Below, one piece after another: positions 33,899 through 44,276 of a DNA stretch of 64,000 bases. Origin of the DNA: an uncultured candidatus Brocadiaceae bacterium. GTDB taxonomy: Bacteria; Planctomycetota; UBA1135; UBA2386. The number at the start of each line of letters is the position of its first letter. Position 1 is the first letter of the stretch. The notes under the pieces are model-generated. The model did no database searches, had not been told where the DNA came from, and saw only the letters and a list, made by a program, of their open reading frames with translations. Position numbers and translations under genes: made by a program. The DNA lies in the NCBI GenBank assembly GCA_964418595.1, contig CAYQMF010000015.1, forward strand, positions 5,756-69,755, read 5' to 3'.

Positions 33899-36418
33899 TC
33901 AGTTCATCGGGTTGGCGCTGTGGACCAGCACCGCCTTGGCCGGCGTGGCGACCGGCGCCTGGCTGAGGTTGAGCACCGGGCAGCTCAGGTCGATCGGGCG
34001 CCACTGCGCGACGGTGTTGGCCGTCGGGATCGTGGTGCTGCCCGTGCCGACCGACCAGACCACGGCGTCCACGGGGCCGCCCGTGAACTGGATCGAGCCG
34101 TCGGTGATCGTCTGCCCGCCGGCCGCCGAGGTGGAGAGCTGGGTCGACGCGCCGACCACGGAGCTGGTCGCGATCACGAACACATCTTCGCTCGCCGTGC
34201 TCACGGTGTTGGTGCGCTTGGCGAACGCGACGTGCAGGCCGTCCTTGGAGACGACCATGCTCTGGATGTAGTTGACCGTCGATGTCGTGCCGCCGGCCGT
34301 CGCGAAGTTGGTCAACTGCACCGCCTGGCCGCCGTTCTCCATGTCGAAGCCGAAGATGTTGGCATCGTTGTAGAGGCTGGCAGTTGCGCCAGCGGCGTTC
34401 TCGGCGGCGAAGTAGGCCATGTCGCCGACCGGGGACTTCTTGAGCTGCGTCTCGACTGCGCACCACGGATCGGTGGTACGCGTGGTCGCGCCGCGGTAGA
34501 TGTCAGGGGCGGTGCCGGCCGAGAACTCGCTGCCGGTGATGTCCTTGAGCGCGAGCGTGTTCACGTTCACGCCGACGATGTTCTTGCGGAACGCGCCGGG
34601 CACGAGGGTGAGGTTCACGCCGCGCACGAAGTACAGCCAGTTGCCGTTCTCGGACTTGAACGTGCTGTGCACGATGATGTTGCCCGTGTTGCCGCCCTGG
34701 GTGAAGGGCGGGACCAGCGAGCCGGTGGACGTCCTGGTGAGGTTCGTCACCGTGTTGAGGCCCACGTCGTACGCGTACAGGTCGAGGTTGCCCGCCGACG
34801 AGCTGTGCGTGGTGCCGGCCCAGAACAGGACCGTGTTGTTGGTCACGAACTCGACGCCGCACATGTAGACCACCTGCGCGTCGAACAGACCGCCGGTCAC
34901 CGGCACCAGCGTGCCGGCATCGGCGCCGTTGGTGCGTGCGACGTAGAGCTGCGTGGGGTTGGCAGCCAGATTGGTGCCGCTCAGGAACGCGACGCGGGAA
35001 CCGTCCGGAGACAGGTCGACACGCTTGCCGATGCTCGATCCTGCCGAGCTGGAGAACGTGTAGGTGCCCGTGCCGAAGAAGCGCTGCAGCGCGGTGTTCG
35101 TCGGGAAGCCCGACGCATTGGCCACCGTGTAGCCAGTGCCGGTGATCCCGGTGATGGCCACGACGTCGTTGTGGTCCGCCGAGTTGCCGGTGTTGCCGCC
35201 GATCGGGATGACGACCGTCTGGCGGTCACGGCTGACGCGCCACGCCGGCGAGTAGATCCAGTAAGGCGCGAGCGCGGTGCCGGTGTTCGGGAGCGCGATG
35301 GGCGTCAGGATGCCGGTGTCGTCGATCGGGCACGACTGCCAGCTGTAGTTGCCTGCCGCGAACAGCCGGCCGTTGCCGAAGAAGATCGTCTGCGAGAAGT
35401 ACAACGGACCCGGCTGGGCGATGGTCACGTTGAGCACCGCGGTGCCGCTCGACGTCCAGGTGCTGCCGTCGGTCTTGACCAGCCAGCAGCGGTTGTAGGT
35501 CGTTGAGGCCGTGTTGGTCTCGTCGCGCACGTACACGCCGACCAGGTTGCCGTCATCGCTGACCGCCACCTGCGAGTGGTACATCACGGTCGGCGTCGCC
35601 GACGCCGCGACGTTGTCCTGCAGCACGGTGCCGCTGAGGATCGCCGCCTGACCGGTGTTCACGTTGATCGTCATCAGCGCGAACTCGCGCGTGTTGGTGC
35701 CGTTGCGCACGATCATCAGGTCGCGATCGGCGTTGAGCACGAGGCTCTGGAAGCCCGTGCCGGTCGCCATGTTGCGCGCCGGACGGTTGCGCTTGTAGGC
35801 GTTGATGTCCTGGTAGAACGGCGTGCCGGCGAACGCGTGCGCGTACGCCTCGACCCAGCCTTCCTGGCCGTAGTGCTGGATGGTCTGCACGCTGTACGAG
35901 CCGATGCCCTGACTCGTCGGCGCGCCGAGGCTGCCATTGGTCACCTTCTGGACGTCGAGGCTGCCGGTGGTCGTCGAAGTCGAGGCACCCTGGAAGAGCA
36001 CGGTGGTCCCGATGTTCTTGAACTCGACGAGGACATCGTTGACGCCGAAGTCGAAGGTCAGGCTCGGGCCGATGTTCAGCGGTTGCAACTCGACAGAGCC
36101 GCCGACCAGCGACGAGTTGTTCGGGATCGGCACGCCCTGGAGGTCGATGCCGCTACCGGGCACGACGCCGAAGTAGATGAGCAGGAGCGGGCTCGTGCCG
36201 ATGAGCAGCGTGCCGCCGATGCCCGGGATGGGGAGCGAGCCTGCGCTGGGCGCCGACAGGAACATCGCATACACGTCCGTCGGGGTGCCTTGGTATTGCA
36301 CGCCGAGCGTGGAGCCGATCAGTGCCGGCGTCGTCAGCGTCGTGATCCGTTGCGCGGAGGCGGTCGACGCCAGGGCCGCACACGTGGTCAGGGTTGCGAG
36401 AAAGGAGGCGGTACGCAT
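33899..36418 (-). CDS. secreted beta-propeller (TolB/PD40-like repeat) protein
   Basis: Signal peptide 'MRTASFLATLTTCAALASTASAQ'. Repeated 'SPDGSRVAFLSG', 'VSKDGLHVAFAKR', 'VSDDGNLVGVYVRD' motifs. Confidence 0.7.
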   Translation of the reverse strand: MRTASFLATLTTCAALASTASAQRITTLTTPALIGSTLGVQYQGTPTDVYAMFLSAPSAGSLPIPGIGGTLLIGTSPLLLIYFGVVPGSGIDLQGVPIPNNSSLVGGSVELQPLNIGPSLTFDFGVNDVLVEFKNIGTTVLFQGASTSTTTGSLDVQKVTNGSLGAPTSQGIGSYSVQTIQHYGQEGWVEAYAHAFAGTPFYQDINAYKRNRPARNMATGTGFQSLVLNADRDLMIVRNGTNTREFALMTINVNTGQAAILSGTVLQDNVAASATPTVMYHSQVAVSDDGNLVGVYVRDETNTASTTYNRCWLVKTDGSTWTSSGTAVLNVTIAQPGPLYFSQTIFFGNGRLFAAGNYSWQSCPIDDTGILTPIALPNTGTALAPYWIYSPAWRVSRDRQTVVIPIGGNTGNSADHNDVVAITGITGTGYTVANASGFPTNTALQRFFGTGTYTFSSSAGSSIGKRVDLSPDGSRVAFLSGTNLAANPTQLYVARTNGADAGTLVPVTGGLFDAQVVYMCGVEFVTNNTVLFWAGTTHSSSAGNLDLYAYDVGLNTVTNLTRTSTGSLVPPFTQGGNTGNIIVHSTFKSENGNWLYFVRGVNLTLVPGAFRKNIVGVNVNTLALKDITGSEFSAGTAPDIYRGATTRTTDPWCAVETQLKKSPVGDMAYFAAENAAGATASLYNDANIFGFDMENGGQAVQLTNFATAGGTTSTVNYIQSMVVSKDGLHVAFAKRTNTVSTASEDVFVIATSSVVGASTQLSTSAAGGQTITDGSIQFTGGPVDAVVWSVGTGSTTIPTANTVAQWRPIDLSCPVLNLSQAPVATPAKAVLVHSANPMN

Positions 36419-36655
36419 GTGGACTCCGGAGAGGAGCGATGGGGGGCTGAGGGGAGAGATGGCTTCGCGGACCGAAGTGGTCGGCGAGCGCGCGGCAACA
36501 ATCCGGTCGCTTGCCCTCCCCGTCAACGCCCGGCGAACGATCGGGCATACGCCCGCGCGGGCCGAGGGACGGCGGCCCGAGGCAGCGTTCTTCCTCGCCG
36601 TACGGCTGACCGCGGTGCGGTCGGGAGATTCGGCTGCTGCGGTGGAACGGATCCG

Positions 36656-38437
36656 CTACCGCGTGCCGCGCGCACGCGCGCGATCGAAGCGGCGGACCGT
36701 ACGAGCGCCGCGCGCGGCCGGCTCGTGCCGCGCAACGTGACCGGGCGCCGTGTCGTCGAGCAGCTCGATGAACACCCCGGGGTCGCGGGCGTCCGGCCGG
36801 CTCACGCGCGCCGCAAAGTCGACTGCGCACTCCGACGCCACGTCGAAGGTCGCGGAGTGCGCGCCGATCTGGATGCCGCCGATCGCGCCGCTGCGGATGT
36901 CGCCGCGCCGGCACACGTGCGCGAGGATCCGCTGCGGGCTAGCTCCCCCGCGCGTACCCCAGTTGATGGAGAATCGCGTGAACGCGCCGTCGTGGCGCTG
37001 GCGTTGCAACGGCGGCCGGCCCGGCGCTTCCGTGGTCCACGCCGGCGCGGCGCGCGGTGCCGCACTCGCGACCTCGCGCGGAGTCGTGGCCGTGCGTCCG
37101 TCGTCCAGCATGCCGAGCAGGGTGGCCACCACCTGGGTCGGGTCACCCGCGTCGAGGAGCTGGCGCGCGAACGCGAGGCGGTCCTCGCTGGGCGCCGCCG
37201 CCGACGCGAGCGCGGCCTGCACTCGCGTCTGCGCGCGCGCCGCCAGCTCGGCGCGTACGACCTCCGCGCCCGGCGCGCGTCGCCACTCGATGCGCACGCG
37301 CGCCGCGGCGACGAGGCGTTCCATCTTGCGCTGCGCGAACGCGGGCGCGAGCAGCACGCTCACGCCCTTGCGTCCGGCGCGGCCGGTGCGTCCGCTCCGG
37401 TGCGTGTACACCTCGCCGTCCATCGGTGGGTCGAAGTGCACGACGCTCTCGATGCCCTGGATGTCGAGGCCCCGCGCCGCCACGTCGGTGGCCACCAGCA
37501 CGGTCGTCACGCCCTCGCGGAAGGCCGCGAGCGTGCGCGTGCGTTGCGCCTGCGCCAACTCGCCGCTGATCGGCGCCGCCGCGAACCCGTCCTTCCGCAG
37601 TTGCTCCGCGAGGTCGGTCGAGTCGCCGCGCGTGCGCACGAACACCAGCGTGCGCTGGTCGCCCGCCAGCAGCAGCAGGTTGACGAGCGTCGCGTAGCGC
37701 TCGCGGGCGTGCAGGAGGTGGCCGACGTGCTCGATGTCCGCGTTGGCGGCGCCGAGGCGCGTGCCCTCGACGTGCTGCGGGTCGCGCTGGAACCGGTTCG
37801 CCAGCTCCAGGACGTCGGGCGGGAGCGTCGCCGACACGAGGTGCGTGGCGCGCTCGGCGGGCATGGTGGCGAGGATCGCATCCAGGTCCTCGCGGAAGCC
37901 GAGGTCGAGCATCTGGTCGGCCTCGTCGAGGACGAGCTGCGCGACGGTGGTGCAGTCGACCACGCCGCTGCGGATGTGGTCGAGGAGGCGACCTGGCGTG
38001 CCGACGAGCACGACGGGTGGGCGAGCGAGGCGCCGCCGCTCCGCGCCGAGGCTCGTGCCGCCGGTGACGCAGTCGACGGCGAAGCCCTTCACGTCCGCGA
38101 ACAGCCACGCCAGTTCGCCGCTCACCTGAGCCGCCAGCTCGCGCGTCGGCACGATCACCACCGCGACCGGGCCGTGGCGGCGGCGCGTGCCCGCGCCGGC
38201 GAGGATCGGGGCCGCCATGGCGAAGCCCAGGGCCACGGTCTTGCCCGAGCCGGTCTGCGACGAGATGCGCAGGTCGCGCTGGGCCTCCGCGGCTGCCAGG
38301 GCGGCGACCTGGACGGCGGTCAGCTCCGTGAAACCGCGGCGGGTGAGCGCGGGGCGGAGGATCGCGGGGACGGCGGCGAAGGCCTCGTCGGCGCTGGCGG
38401 GGGCTCCGGTTTCGGAGCGTGGAATCGCATCAGTCAT
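36656..38437 (-). CDS. DEAD-box ATP-dependent RNA helicase with DbpA-type C-terminal RNA-binding domain
   Basis: 'SQTGSGKTVALG' (motif I), 'VLDEADQMLDLGF' (DEAD), 'SAT', 'ATDVAARGLDI', 'HRSGRTGRAG'. C-terminal 'FSINWGTRGGASPQRILAHVCRRGDI'. Confidence 0.92.
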   Translation of the reverse strand: MTDAIPRSETGAPASADEAFAAVPAILRPALTRRGFTELTAVQVAALAAAEAQRDLRISSQTGSGKTVALGFAMAAPILAGAGTRRRHGPVAVVIVPTRELAAQVSGELAWLFADVKGFAVDCVTGGTSLGAERRRLARPPVVLVGTPGRLLDHIRSGVVDCTTVAQLVLDEADQMLDLGFREDLDAILATMPAERATHLVSATLPPDVLELANRFQRDPQHVEGTRLGAANADIEHVGHLLHARERYATLVNLLLLAGDQRTLVFVRTRGDSTDLAEQLRKDGFAAAPISGELAQAQRTRTLAAFREGVTTVLVATDVAARGLDIQGIESVVHFDPPMDGEVYTHRSGRTGRAGRKGVSVLLAPAFAQRKMERLVAAARVRIEWRRAPGAEVVRAELAARAQTRVQAALASAAAPSEDRLAFARQLLDAGDPTQVVATLLGMLDDGRTATTPREVASAAPRAAPAWTTEAPGRPPLQRQRHDGAFTRFSINWGTRGGASPQRILAHVCRRGDIRSGAIGGIQIGAHSATFDVASECAVDFAARVSRPDARDPGVFIELLDDTAPGHVARHEPAARGARTVRRFDRARARGTR

Positions 38438-38589
38438 GGGTTGGCGCCAGCGGTCCGGCAAAAGGGGCCGCGAAGGGTAGCGAGCCGGAGGCGGCGCGCA
38501 ACCTTCGCCTACGTCCTCACCGGGGTTTGCGCCGCACCGGGTGCCGGGCGACGGGCGGGACGCGTGTCAGCCCCGCCAACGCGCTCGCC

Positions 38590-40587
38590 CTATCCGTCTT
38601 TCTTCTTCTTCCCGCCGAGGATGTCGGAGAGGCCGCCGGGCAGCTTCTTCTTCATCTCCTCCTCCGCCTTGCGCTGCAGCTCGGCCTTCTTTCTCTCGGC
38701 CTCCGCGTCGGCGAGCTTCTTCGCCTCCGCTTCGGCGGCGGCCTTGGCTTCCGCGGCGAGCTGCTCCGGCGTCTTCGTGCCCTGCAGCAGGTCGGCGGCC
38801 GCGCCGCTGACCGCGCCGGCGGCGCCGGCCGGGACCGGCAGGTCCTTCAGCAGCGCCTGCGCGCGGGTGCGCACCTGATCGGCGAGTTCCTTGCGGCCGG
38901 CCGCGACCAGCGCGTCCGACAGCTTCTGGTCGTCGACGTGGATGCGCGGGTTGGTGAGCGGGCCGCGGATCCCGAGTGGCAGGGCGAGGGTGTCCACCGC
39001 CGCGGCCTGTCCGAAGAGGTGCAGGGTCGTGCCGCGCAGGGTCACCTGCAGGGGCAGATCCAAGGTCAGACCCTCCGGCGTGAAGGCGAGGTCGCCCTCG
39101 AGCACCGCGTCGACCTTGCCGCCCTGGATCGGGGCTGAGCCGCCGACCGCGAGGGCCGCGCCCAGCGCATCGCCGTCGAGGTCCTTCAGCGCCAGGCGGA
39201 GGTGCGGCTTGCCGCCCGCAAGTGAGAACGTGAACGCGTAGCGCCCGCTCTTCGACGCGATCGACAACGTCATCGGCTCGGTGAGCAAGGCGGGCTCCGA
39301 AGCGAGATTGCTCGCCGTGATGGCGAAAGAGTCGCCGGGCATGTCTGCCACCGCCACGTCCTCGAAGGCGAGGTGCTTCACGAGCACGGTCGGCGCCTGT
39401 TCGAGAAGATGCGTCGCGCGCACCTCCGTGATGCCGTCCTGCTTCTCCCGTTCGATGCGCGCCGTGCGCTCCTCCTTGGTCTCCTTGGCGCCGCCCGTGA
39501 CGGAGCCGAGCTTGCCGAGCCACTCGTTGGCCTGCACGAGGCGATCCTTCCAGACCTGGGCATCCTTGACGTACTCGTCGAGCGTCTTGCCCGCGCCGGG
39601 CGGCGGTGGCGGCGGCACCGGCGGCTTGCCGATGCGCTTCGCCGGCGCGTTCCGCTTCGCGCCGTGACTCGCGTCGGCCGAGACGATGCTCTCCACCACG
39701 AAACGCTTGCGCAGGAGGTCGCCGGTGCCGACGTCGAGTTCGAGGGTCTTGGCCCGGAAACTGTCGCGTTCGAGCTGGTTCGCGTCGGCGACCGCCAGCC
39801 CGGCGAGACTCACGCGTCCCGCGGCAAGGTCGAGATCGAGCCCTTCGATGTCGGCGGTGGCGCCGTTGATCGCTTCGAGCGCGCCCTGCATGGAAGAGCG
39901 CGCCATCGGCCCGGCGAGCGTTGCGTGCCCGAACCACAGCGCTGCGGTCACCACCAGCACCACGACGATCCCGGCGATCCGGATCGGCAGGCCCTTCTTG
40001 TCGCTCTCCGCGAGGTCGCGGTAGGTCAGCTTGCCCATCTTGTTGCCGCCGAACAGCAGCCACGTGAGGAAGCGCGCGCTCTTCTTCGTGGCGAGGCTCT
40101 TCATGCGGTCCGAGTTCTCCTGCAGGTCGGCCATCTTGCGCCGGAAGCCCTGCAGGCCGCGCCACAGCACGACGCCGAGCACCAGGCCGAACACGAGTCC
40201 GCACGCCAGCCCACCCGTGGTGGAGTAGTGCTCGAGGCCGAACCACGCCGTCACGCGCGAGTTGATGAGCGCCTTGAACAGGCCCTGGGTCGGGCCGTCG
40301 AGCAGCCACTGCCCGAGCGCGAAGTTCATCGGCAGCATGACCAGCGACAGCAGCTTGGCGACCAGCGTCACGAGTCCGAAGACCGCGAGGTTGGCGTTGA
40401 GCACGAGCACCAGGAACACGAGGCCGAGGATGAGCCCGGGCGCCTGCAGGAAGCCGCCGCCGAGATCGCCCGGCAGGAAGAAGCCAGGCACGAACCCGAG
40501 CATGCCGCCCAGCGTGGCGGCGAGCATCACCTGGGTGACGGTCGCCTTGCCGCGGAGGATCTTGCCGATCTTGCGAGTGAGGAACAT
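38590..40587 (-). CDS. membrane protein, DUF2062/TIGR03546-like N-terminus fused to an AsmA/TIGR03545-like region
   Basis: 'MFLTRKIGKILRGKATVTQVMLAATLGGMLGFVPGF' plus several TM segments, then a long periplasmic-type region, a poly-Pro 'PPVPPPPPPG' and a Lys/Glu/Ala tail. The family assignment is from memory. Confidence 0.55.
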   Translation of the reverse strand: MFLTRKIGKILRGKATVTQVMLAATLGGMLGFVPGFFLPGDLGGGFLQAPGLILGLVFLVLVLNANLAVFGLVTLVAKLLSLVMLPMNFALGQWLLDGPTQGLFKALINSRVTAWFGLEHYSTTGGLACGLVFGLVLGVVLWRGLQGFRRKMADLQENSDRMKSLATKKSARFLTWLLFGGNKMGKLTYRDLAESDKKGLPIRIAGIVVVLVVTAALWFGHATLAGPMARSSMQGALEAINGATADIEGLDLDLAAGRVSLAGLAVADANQLERDSFRAKTLELDVGTGDLLRKRFVVESIVSADASHGAKRNAPAKRIGKPPVPPPPPPGAGKTLDEYVKDAQVWKDRLVQANEWLGKLGSVTGGAKETKEERTARIEREKQDGITEVRATHLLEQAPTVLVKHLAFEDVAVADMPGDSFAITASNLASEPALLTEPMTLSIASKSGRYAFTFSLAGGKPHLRLALKDLDGDALGAALAVGGSAPIQGGKVDAVLEGDLAFTPEGLTLDLPLQVTLRGTTLHLFGQAAAVDTLALPLGIRGPLTNPRIHVDDQKLSDALVAAGRKELADQVRTRAQALLKDLPVPAGAAGAVSGAAADLLQGTKTPEQLAAEAKAAAEAEAKKLADAEAERKKAELQRKAEEEMKKKLPGGLSDILGGKKKKDG

Positions 40588-40657
40588 CGCGGGCGGTTGT
40601 ACCCGGGCCGCGACAGCGGTCGTAGGCGATTCGTCGGGTGCCGAGTCCGGGCGCCGA

Positions 40658-42110
40658 TCAGTCGTCGAGGCTCATGTCGCCCGCGCTGCGCACGAACATG
40701 ACCCGGGGGACATCGCGGGTGAGCGCGTCCAGCCGGTCGAGGAAGGCGCCTTCGTTCGGCTCCGCGGGGAGGTCGAAACCCACGATGACGAGTGCGGACG
40801 AACTGCTGTGCTCGAGGAGCGCGGGCCGGAACTGGCTGCCGACGACGACGACCGGGGTCACGGTGATGCGCGCGCCTTCGCTGAGCTGGGCGAGGTGTGC
40901 GAGCGAGCCCTCGCGCCCGGCGTCCTTCTCGATCATCCGGATGAGGCGGATCTGCCGGCCGATCCAGCCGTCGTTCTTCCGCACGAGGAGTGCGAGCAGG
41001 AGCATGAGTGACCCGTTGGCCTGCCCGCGCCACCAGACGTCGATGTGGCCTTGCGGCGGTGTCCAGGGATCGTCTTCGCCGCGTTGATGCCGCCTGACAA
41101 ACGTCTGCGCCACCGTGACCGCGGGGAACGCCTCGAGATCGTTGTCGACGATGAACGTGCGCAGCAGCCGCCGGTGCGTGACGTGTCGCTCGAGGTACGC
41201 GTCCGGCTCGGCGACCAGAACGTGGCCGAGGATGAGCAGGCCGAGCGGCCCGGCGATCCAGCGGCTGAAGGCGGCGAGATGGATGCGGTCGTCGCGCCCG
41301 ACCCCGAGGGCGAGCACGGCGGGCCGCCAGTTCTTCGGGTGGTAGCGCTCCTGTTCCAGGGCCACGAGGCTGCGGGGCGCGCGTTCGAGCATCGAACCAC
41401 CGTGCACGTCGCCCCAGGTGGCCTCCAGATCCTTGAACGTGAGGAACCCGTAGACCACCGCCATGCCGACGATCGCGATGACCGCCCACAGCGGGTCGAT
41501 GACGAACATCGCGACGGCGCAGCCGAGCGCGCCCGCCAGCGACGTGCTCCAGTGCGAGAAGCGGAACGCCGGCCGGTAGCTGGGGTTGTTGCTGATCGCC
41601 TCGACGAACGTCGCGGCGCTGAGCGCGCCGTAGGTGATCATGAAGAACCTCGTGATCATCGGCGCGATCGCGTCGAGATCGCCGAGCAGGATGCCAGCCT
41701 GGGCGATGCCGAACGACAGCACGGTCGCGCGGCGCGGCTCGTTGGAGGGGCCGCTGCCGCGGGCGAACACCGTGAGTCTGCGGAAGACGCGGTCCTTGGC
41801 CATCGCCTGCAGGATGCGCGGTGCGCCCATCATGCTGCCGAGTGCCGAGGACAGGGTGGCGGCGAACACACCGGCGAGGATCAGCGACTCCGACCACGCG
41901 AGTTCGGCGACGACCAACCGTCGTGATCGCCTTGGCCAGGAGCGCGACGAGCGCCGCGTGCAGGATCCCCGACCGGCCGACGACCTGCCCGAAGCGCAGG
42001 AACATGATCACGCCGAAGATGGTCAGCGCGCACGGCGTGAACACGCCGCCGAACGTGCCAAACCTGGTGGGGGCGGCGGAGTCGGCGCGAGCCATGGGCT
42101 GCGACGACAT
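40658..42110 (-). pseudogene. cation:chloride (SLC12/APC-superfamily) symporter pseudogene with internal deletion and frameshift
   Basis: The N-terminal 65 codons 'MSSQPMARADSAAPTRFGTFGGVFTPCALTIFGVIMFLRFGQVVGRSGILHAALVALLAKAITTV' (TM1-2) switch frame at about 41915-41920. They join directly to 'VVAELAWSESLILAGVFAATLSSALGSMMGAPRILQAMAKDRVF...' (late TMs plus the cytoplasmic C-domain). The central TMs are absent. Confidence 0.7.
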
Positions 42111-42474
42111 CAACCCGGAAAGTACGACGCCAGGTGCAGCGGCTTGCCGCTGCACCGAGGTGTCGGACACGGGTCGATCCTCCGGATCCGCAGCCTCGCG
42201 GAACGCGAGGGTGCGGGAACGGAGGATCAACCCTTCGGGTTGCGGCCGCCGGCCGCGATGGGGAGGCGTCCTCGGAGCCGACGCCGGGCGGGTGATCGCC
42301 CTGCGTGCGCGTGGCGTTGGGGCGGGAGCGTAGCGACGCACGCCGGGTCGGCACGAGCTTCTTGGCTGCCTGCCCGGGGCCCGTGGGCTGGCCGGACCGG
42401 GGTCGTCACGCTCTGATTGTGGTCCCCGCGCAGCAGGCGTTGCGCCGCGGGTTCCACGCCACCACGGAACCGCC

Positions 42475-43641
42475 ATGCGATCAGTCTTCGTCGTCGTAGC
42501 TCTCGTCCTTGCACCTCTGGCCTCAGCGTTGGGCGCGCAGCCGCCGCCGGGTGGGCAGCCGCCTGCGGCGCCGACCCTGACCGATCCCGGCCAGCTCCTG
42601 GCGCGGGCCGTGGTGACCGGCGAGTCCATGGCGAGCGCGGCAGCGGTCGAGAGCCTGCTCAAGGCGGGTGCTGAAGGTCGCGCGCGTCTGCGCGGTCTCG
42701 TCGAACGCGCCATGGCGGCCGGTGAGACGCTGCCTCCCGTCGATCCAGCCGTGCCGCAAGACCCGAAGGCCGCGACCCAGCCCCTCGACGACGCGACCGC
42801 GGCGCTGGTCGCCGGTCTCGTGAGCGACGACGCCGAGAAAGCCGACGCCGCCGTGGTCGCGTTGAAGGAGGCCGCCGGCTCGGCGTCGGACCAGGTCCGC
42901 CGGCTCGTCGGCAGGTGCCAGGCCGTGCTCGGGTCGTACGTGCTCCGCGTGTTCCGCGACCACGCCCAGTCCAACGCGATCTTCGCGGGTCAGTACACCC
43001 CGCTGCGCGAACTCGGGCCCGCGGGCCTGCGGCTGGTGAGTGGGTGGATGGTGACGCCGCCGATGCGCAGTGCGACCGCCGCGCTGCGCGCGCAGTGCAT
43101 CCGGGCACTGCGCGACATGGTCGAAGGCCAGCCCGACGAGGCGCTCGCTGCGTCGCTCCGCGGCGTCGCCGGCAAGGCGACGGAAGATCGCGAGGTCCGG
43201 CGCGAGGCGATGTACGCACTCGCCCAGTTCGGCGACCGCACCTTCGTCGATCCGGAGCAAAAGCGTCTCGAAGCCCAGCTCGAGGGCGAGAACGTCGCCG
43301 CCAAGGGCGCCGCCCTCGCCGGCCTGGCGGACATGCACTACCAGCTCCGCGACTACGCGCGCGCCGTCGAGGCGTACGAACAGCACATCGCCTTGATCGA
43401 GGCCGGCACGCTGCCGCGCAGCAGCGTGGCGAGCATGCCGACGCTGTACTACAACGCATGCTGCTCGATGGCGCTGGGCGGGATGACCGACAAGGCGTTC
43501 ACCTTCCTCGAGAAGGCGATCGCCGAGGGACGCAAGGGTCAGCCCCTCGGGCGTCGGTTGCTCGAGGTCGACATGGACATCGACACACTGCGCAAGGACC
43601 CGCGCTTCGCCAAGGTGATGGAGTCGCTCGGCGGCCGCTGA
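42475..43641 (+). CDS. secreted HEAT/TPR-like repeat protein with TPR end-of-group-type C-terminus
   Basis: Signal peptide 'MRSVFVVVALVLAPLASALGAQ'. C-terminal 'LYYNACCSMALGGMTDKAFTFLEKAIAEG...DMDIDTLRKDPRFAKVMESL'. Confidence 0.65.
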   Translation: MRSVFVVVALVLAPLASALGAQPPPGGQPPAAPTLTDPGQLLARAVVTGESMASAAAVESLLKAGAEGRARLRGLVERAMAAGETLPPVDPAVPQDPKAATQPLDDATAALVAGLVSDDAEKADAAVVALKEAAGSASDQVRRLVGRCQAVLGSYVLRVFRDHAQSNAIFAGQYTPLRELGPAGLRLVSGWMVTPPMRSATAALRAQCIRALRDMVEGQPDEALAASLRGVAGKATEDREVRREAMYALAQFGDRTFVDPEQKRLEAQLEGENVAAKGAALAGLADMHYQLRDYARAVEAYEQHIALIEAGTLPRSSVASMPTLYYNACCSMALGGMTDKAFTFLEKAIAEGRKGQPLGRRLLEVDMDIDTLRKDPRFAKVMESLGGR

Positions 43642-43653
43642 CGGGCGCGGGGG

Positions 43654-44223
43654 TCAGCCCTGCCACTCGTGCGCGAGCAGGCCGTACAGGTACTCGTCGA
43701 TCCACGCGCCGTGCAGCGTCGAGTGCTGGCGGAGGATGCCCTCGCGCTGCATGCCGAGCTTCTCCATGAGCCGCCAGGACGCCACGTTCTCAGGCACGCA
43801 GTGGGCGATCACCTTGCGCACGCGGATGGATCGGAACATCCACGTGAGCAGGCGGTGGCACGCCTCGAAGGTGATGCCCTGGCGCTGGTGATCCGGGTGC
43901 AGCCGGTAGCCGATCTCGACGGTCTGGTTGGCGATCAGCGTGATCCGCAGCGCGAGCATGCCGAGCATGCGGTAGTCGTCGCGCCGCGCGATCACGATCG
44001 CCAGCCACTCGCCGTCGCCGCCGCGCCACGGCTCGAGGAAGCCGGCCACCTTGGTGCGAGTGGCCTCGATGGGTTGGATCTCGCGTACGTAGCGCATGAT
44101 GCGCGGGTCCTGCTCGTGTTCGATCGCGGTGCGCAGGTCTTGCGAGCGGAAACGGCGCAGGACCAGCCGCGGGGACTCGAGGTGCAGCGCCGTGACGTCG
44201 TCGGTCATCCGCGTCAGGTCCAT
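43654..44223 (-). CDS. GNAT family N-acetyltransferase (RimJ/RimL-like)
   Basis: 'LESPRLVLRRFRSQDL...VEIGYRLHPDHQRQGITFEACHRLLTWMF...VIAHCVPENVASWRLMEKLGMQREG'. Internal ATG at 44223. Confidence 0.88.
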   Translation of the reverse strand: MDLTRMTDDVTALHLESPRLVLRRFRSQDLRTAIEHEQDPRIMRYVREIQPIEATRTKVAGFLEPWRGGDGEWLAIVIARRDDYRMLGMLALRITLIANQTVEIGYRLHPDHQRQGITFEACHRLLTWMFRSIRVRKVIAHCVPENVASWRLMEKLGMQREGILRQHSTLHGAWIDEYLYGLLAHEWQG

Positions 44224-44276
44224 CGCCCGGAGCGTAGCGAGTCGGGAGTCGCGGGCTCCATGGTCCGCCCGCGCAG

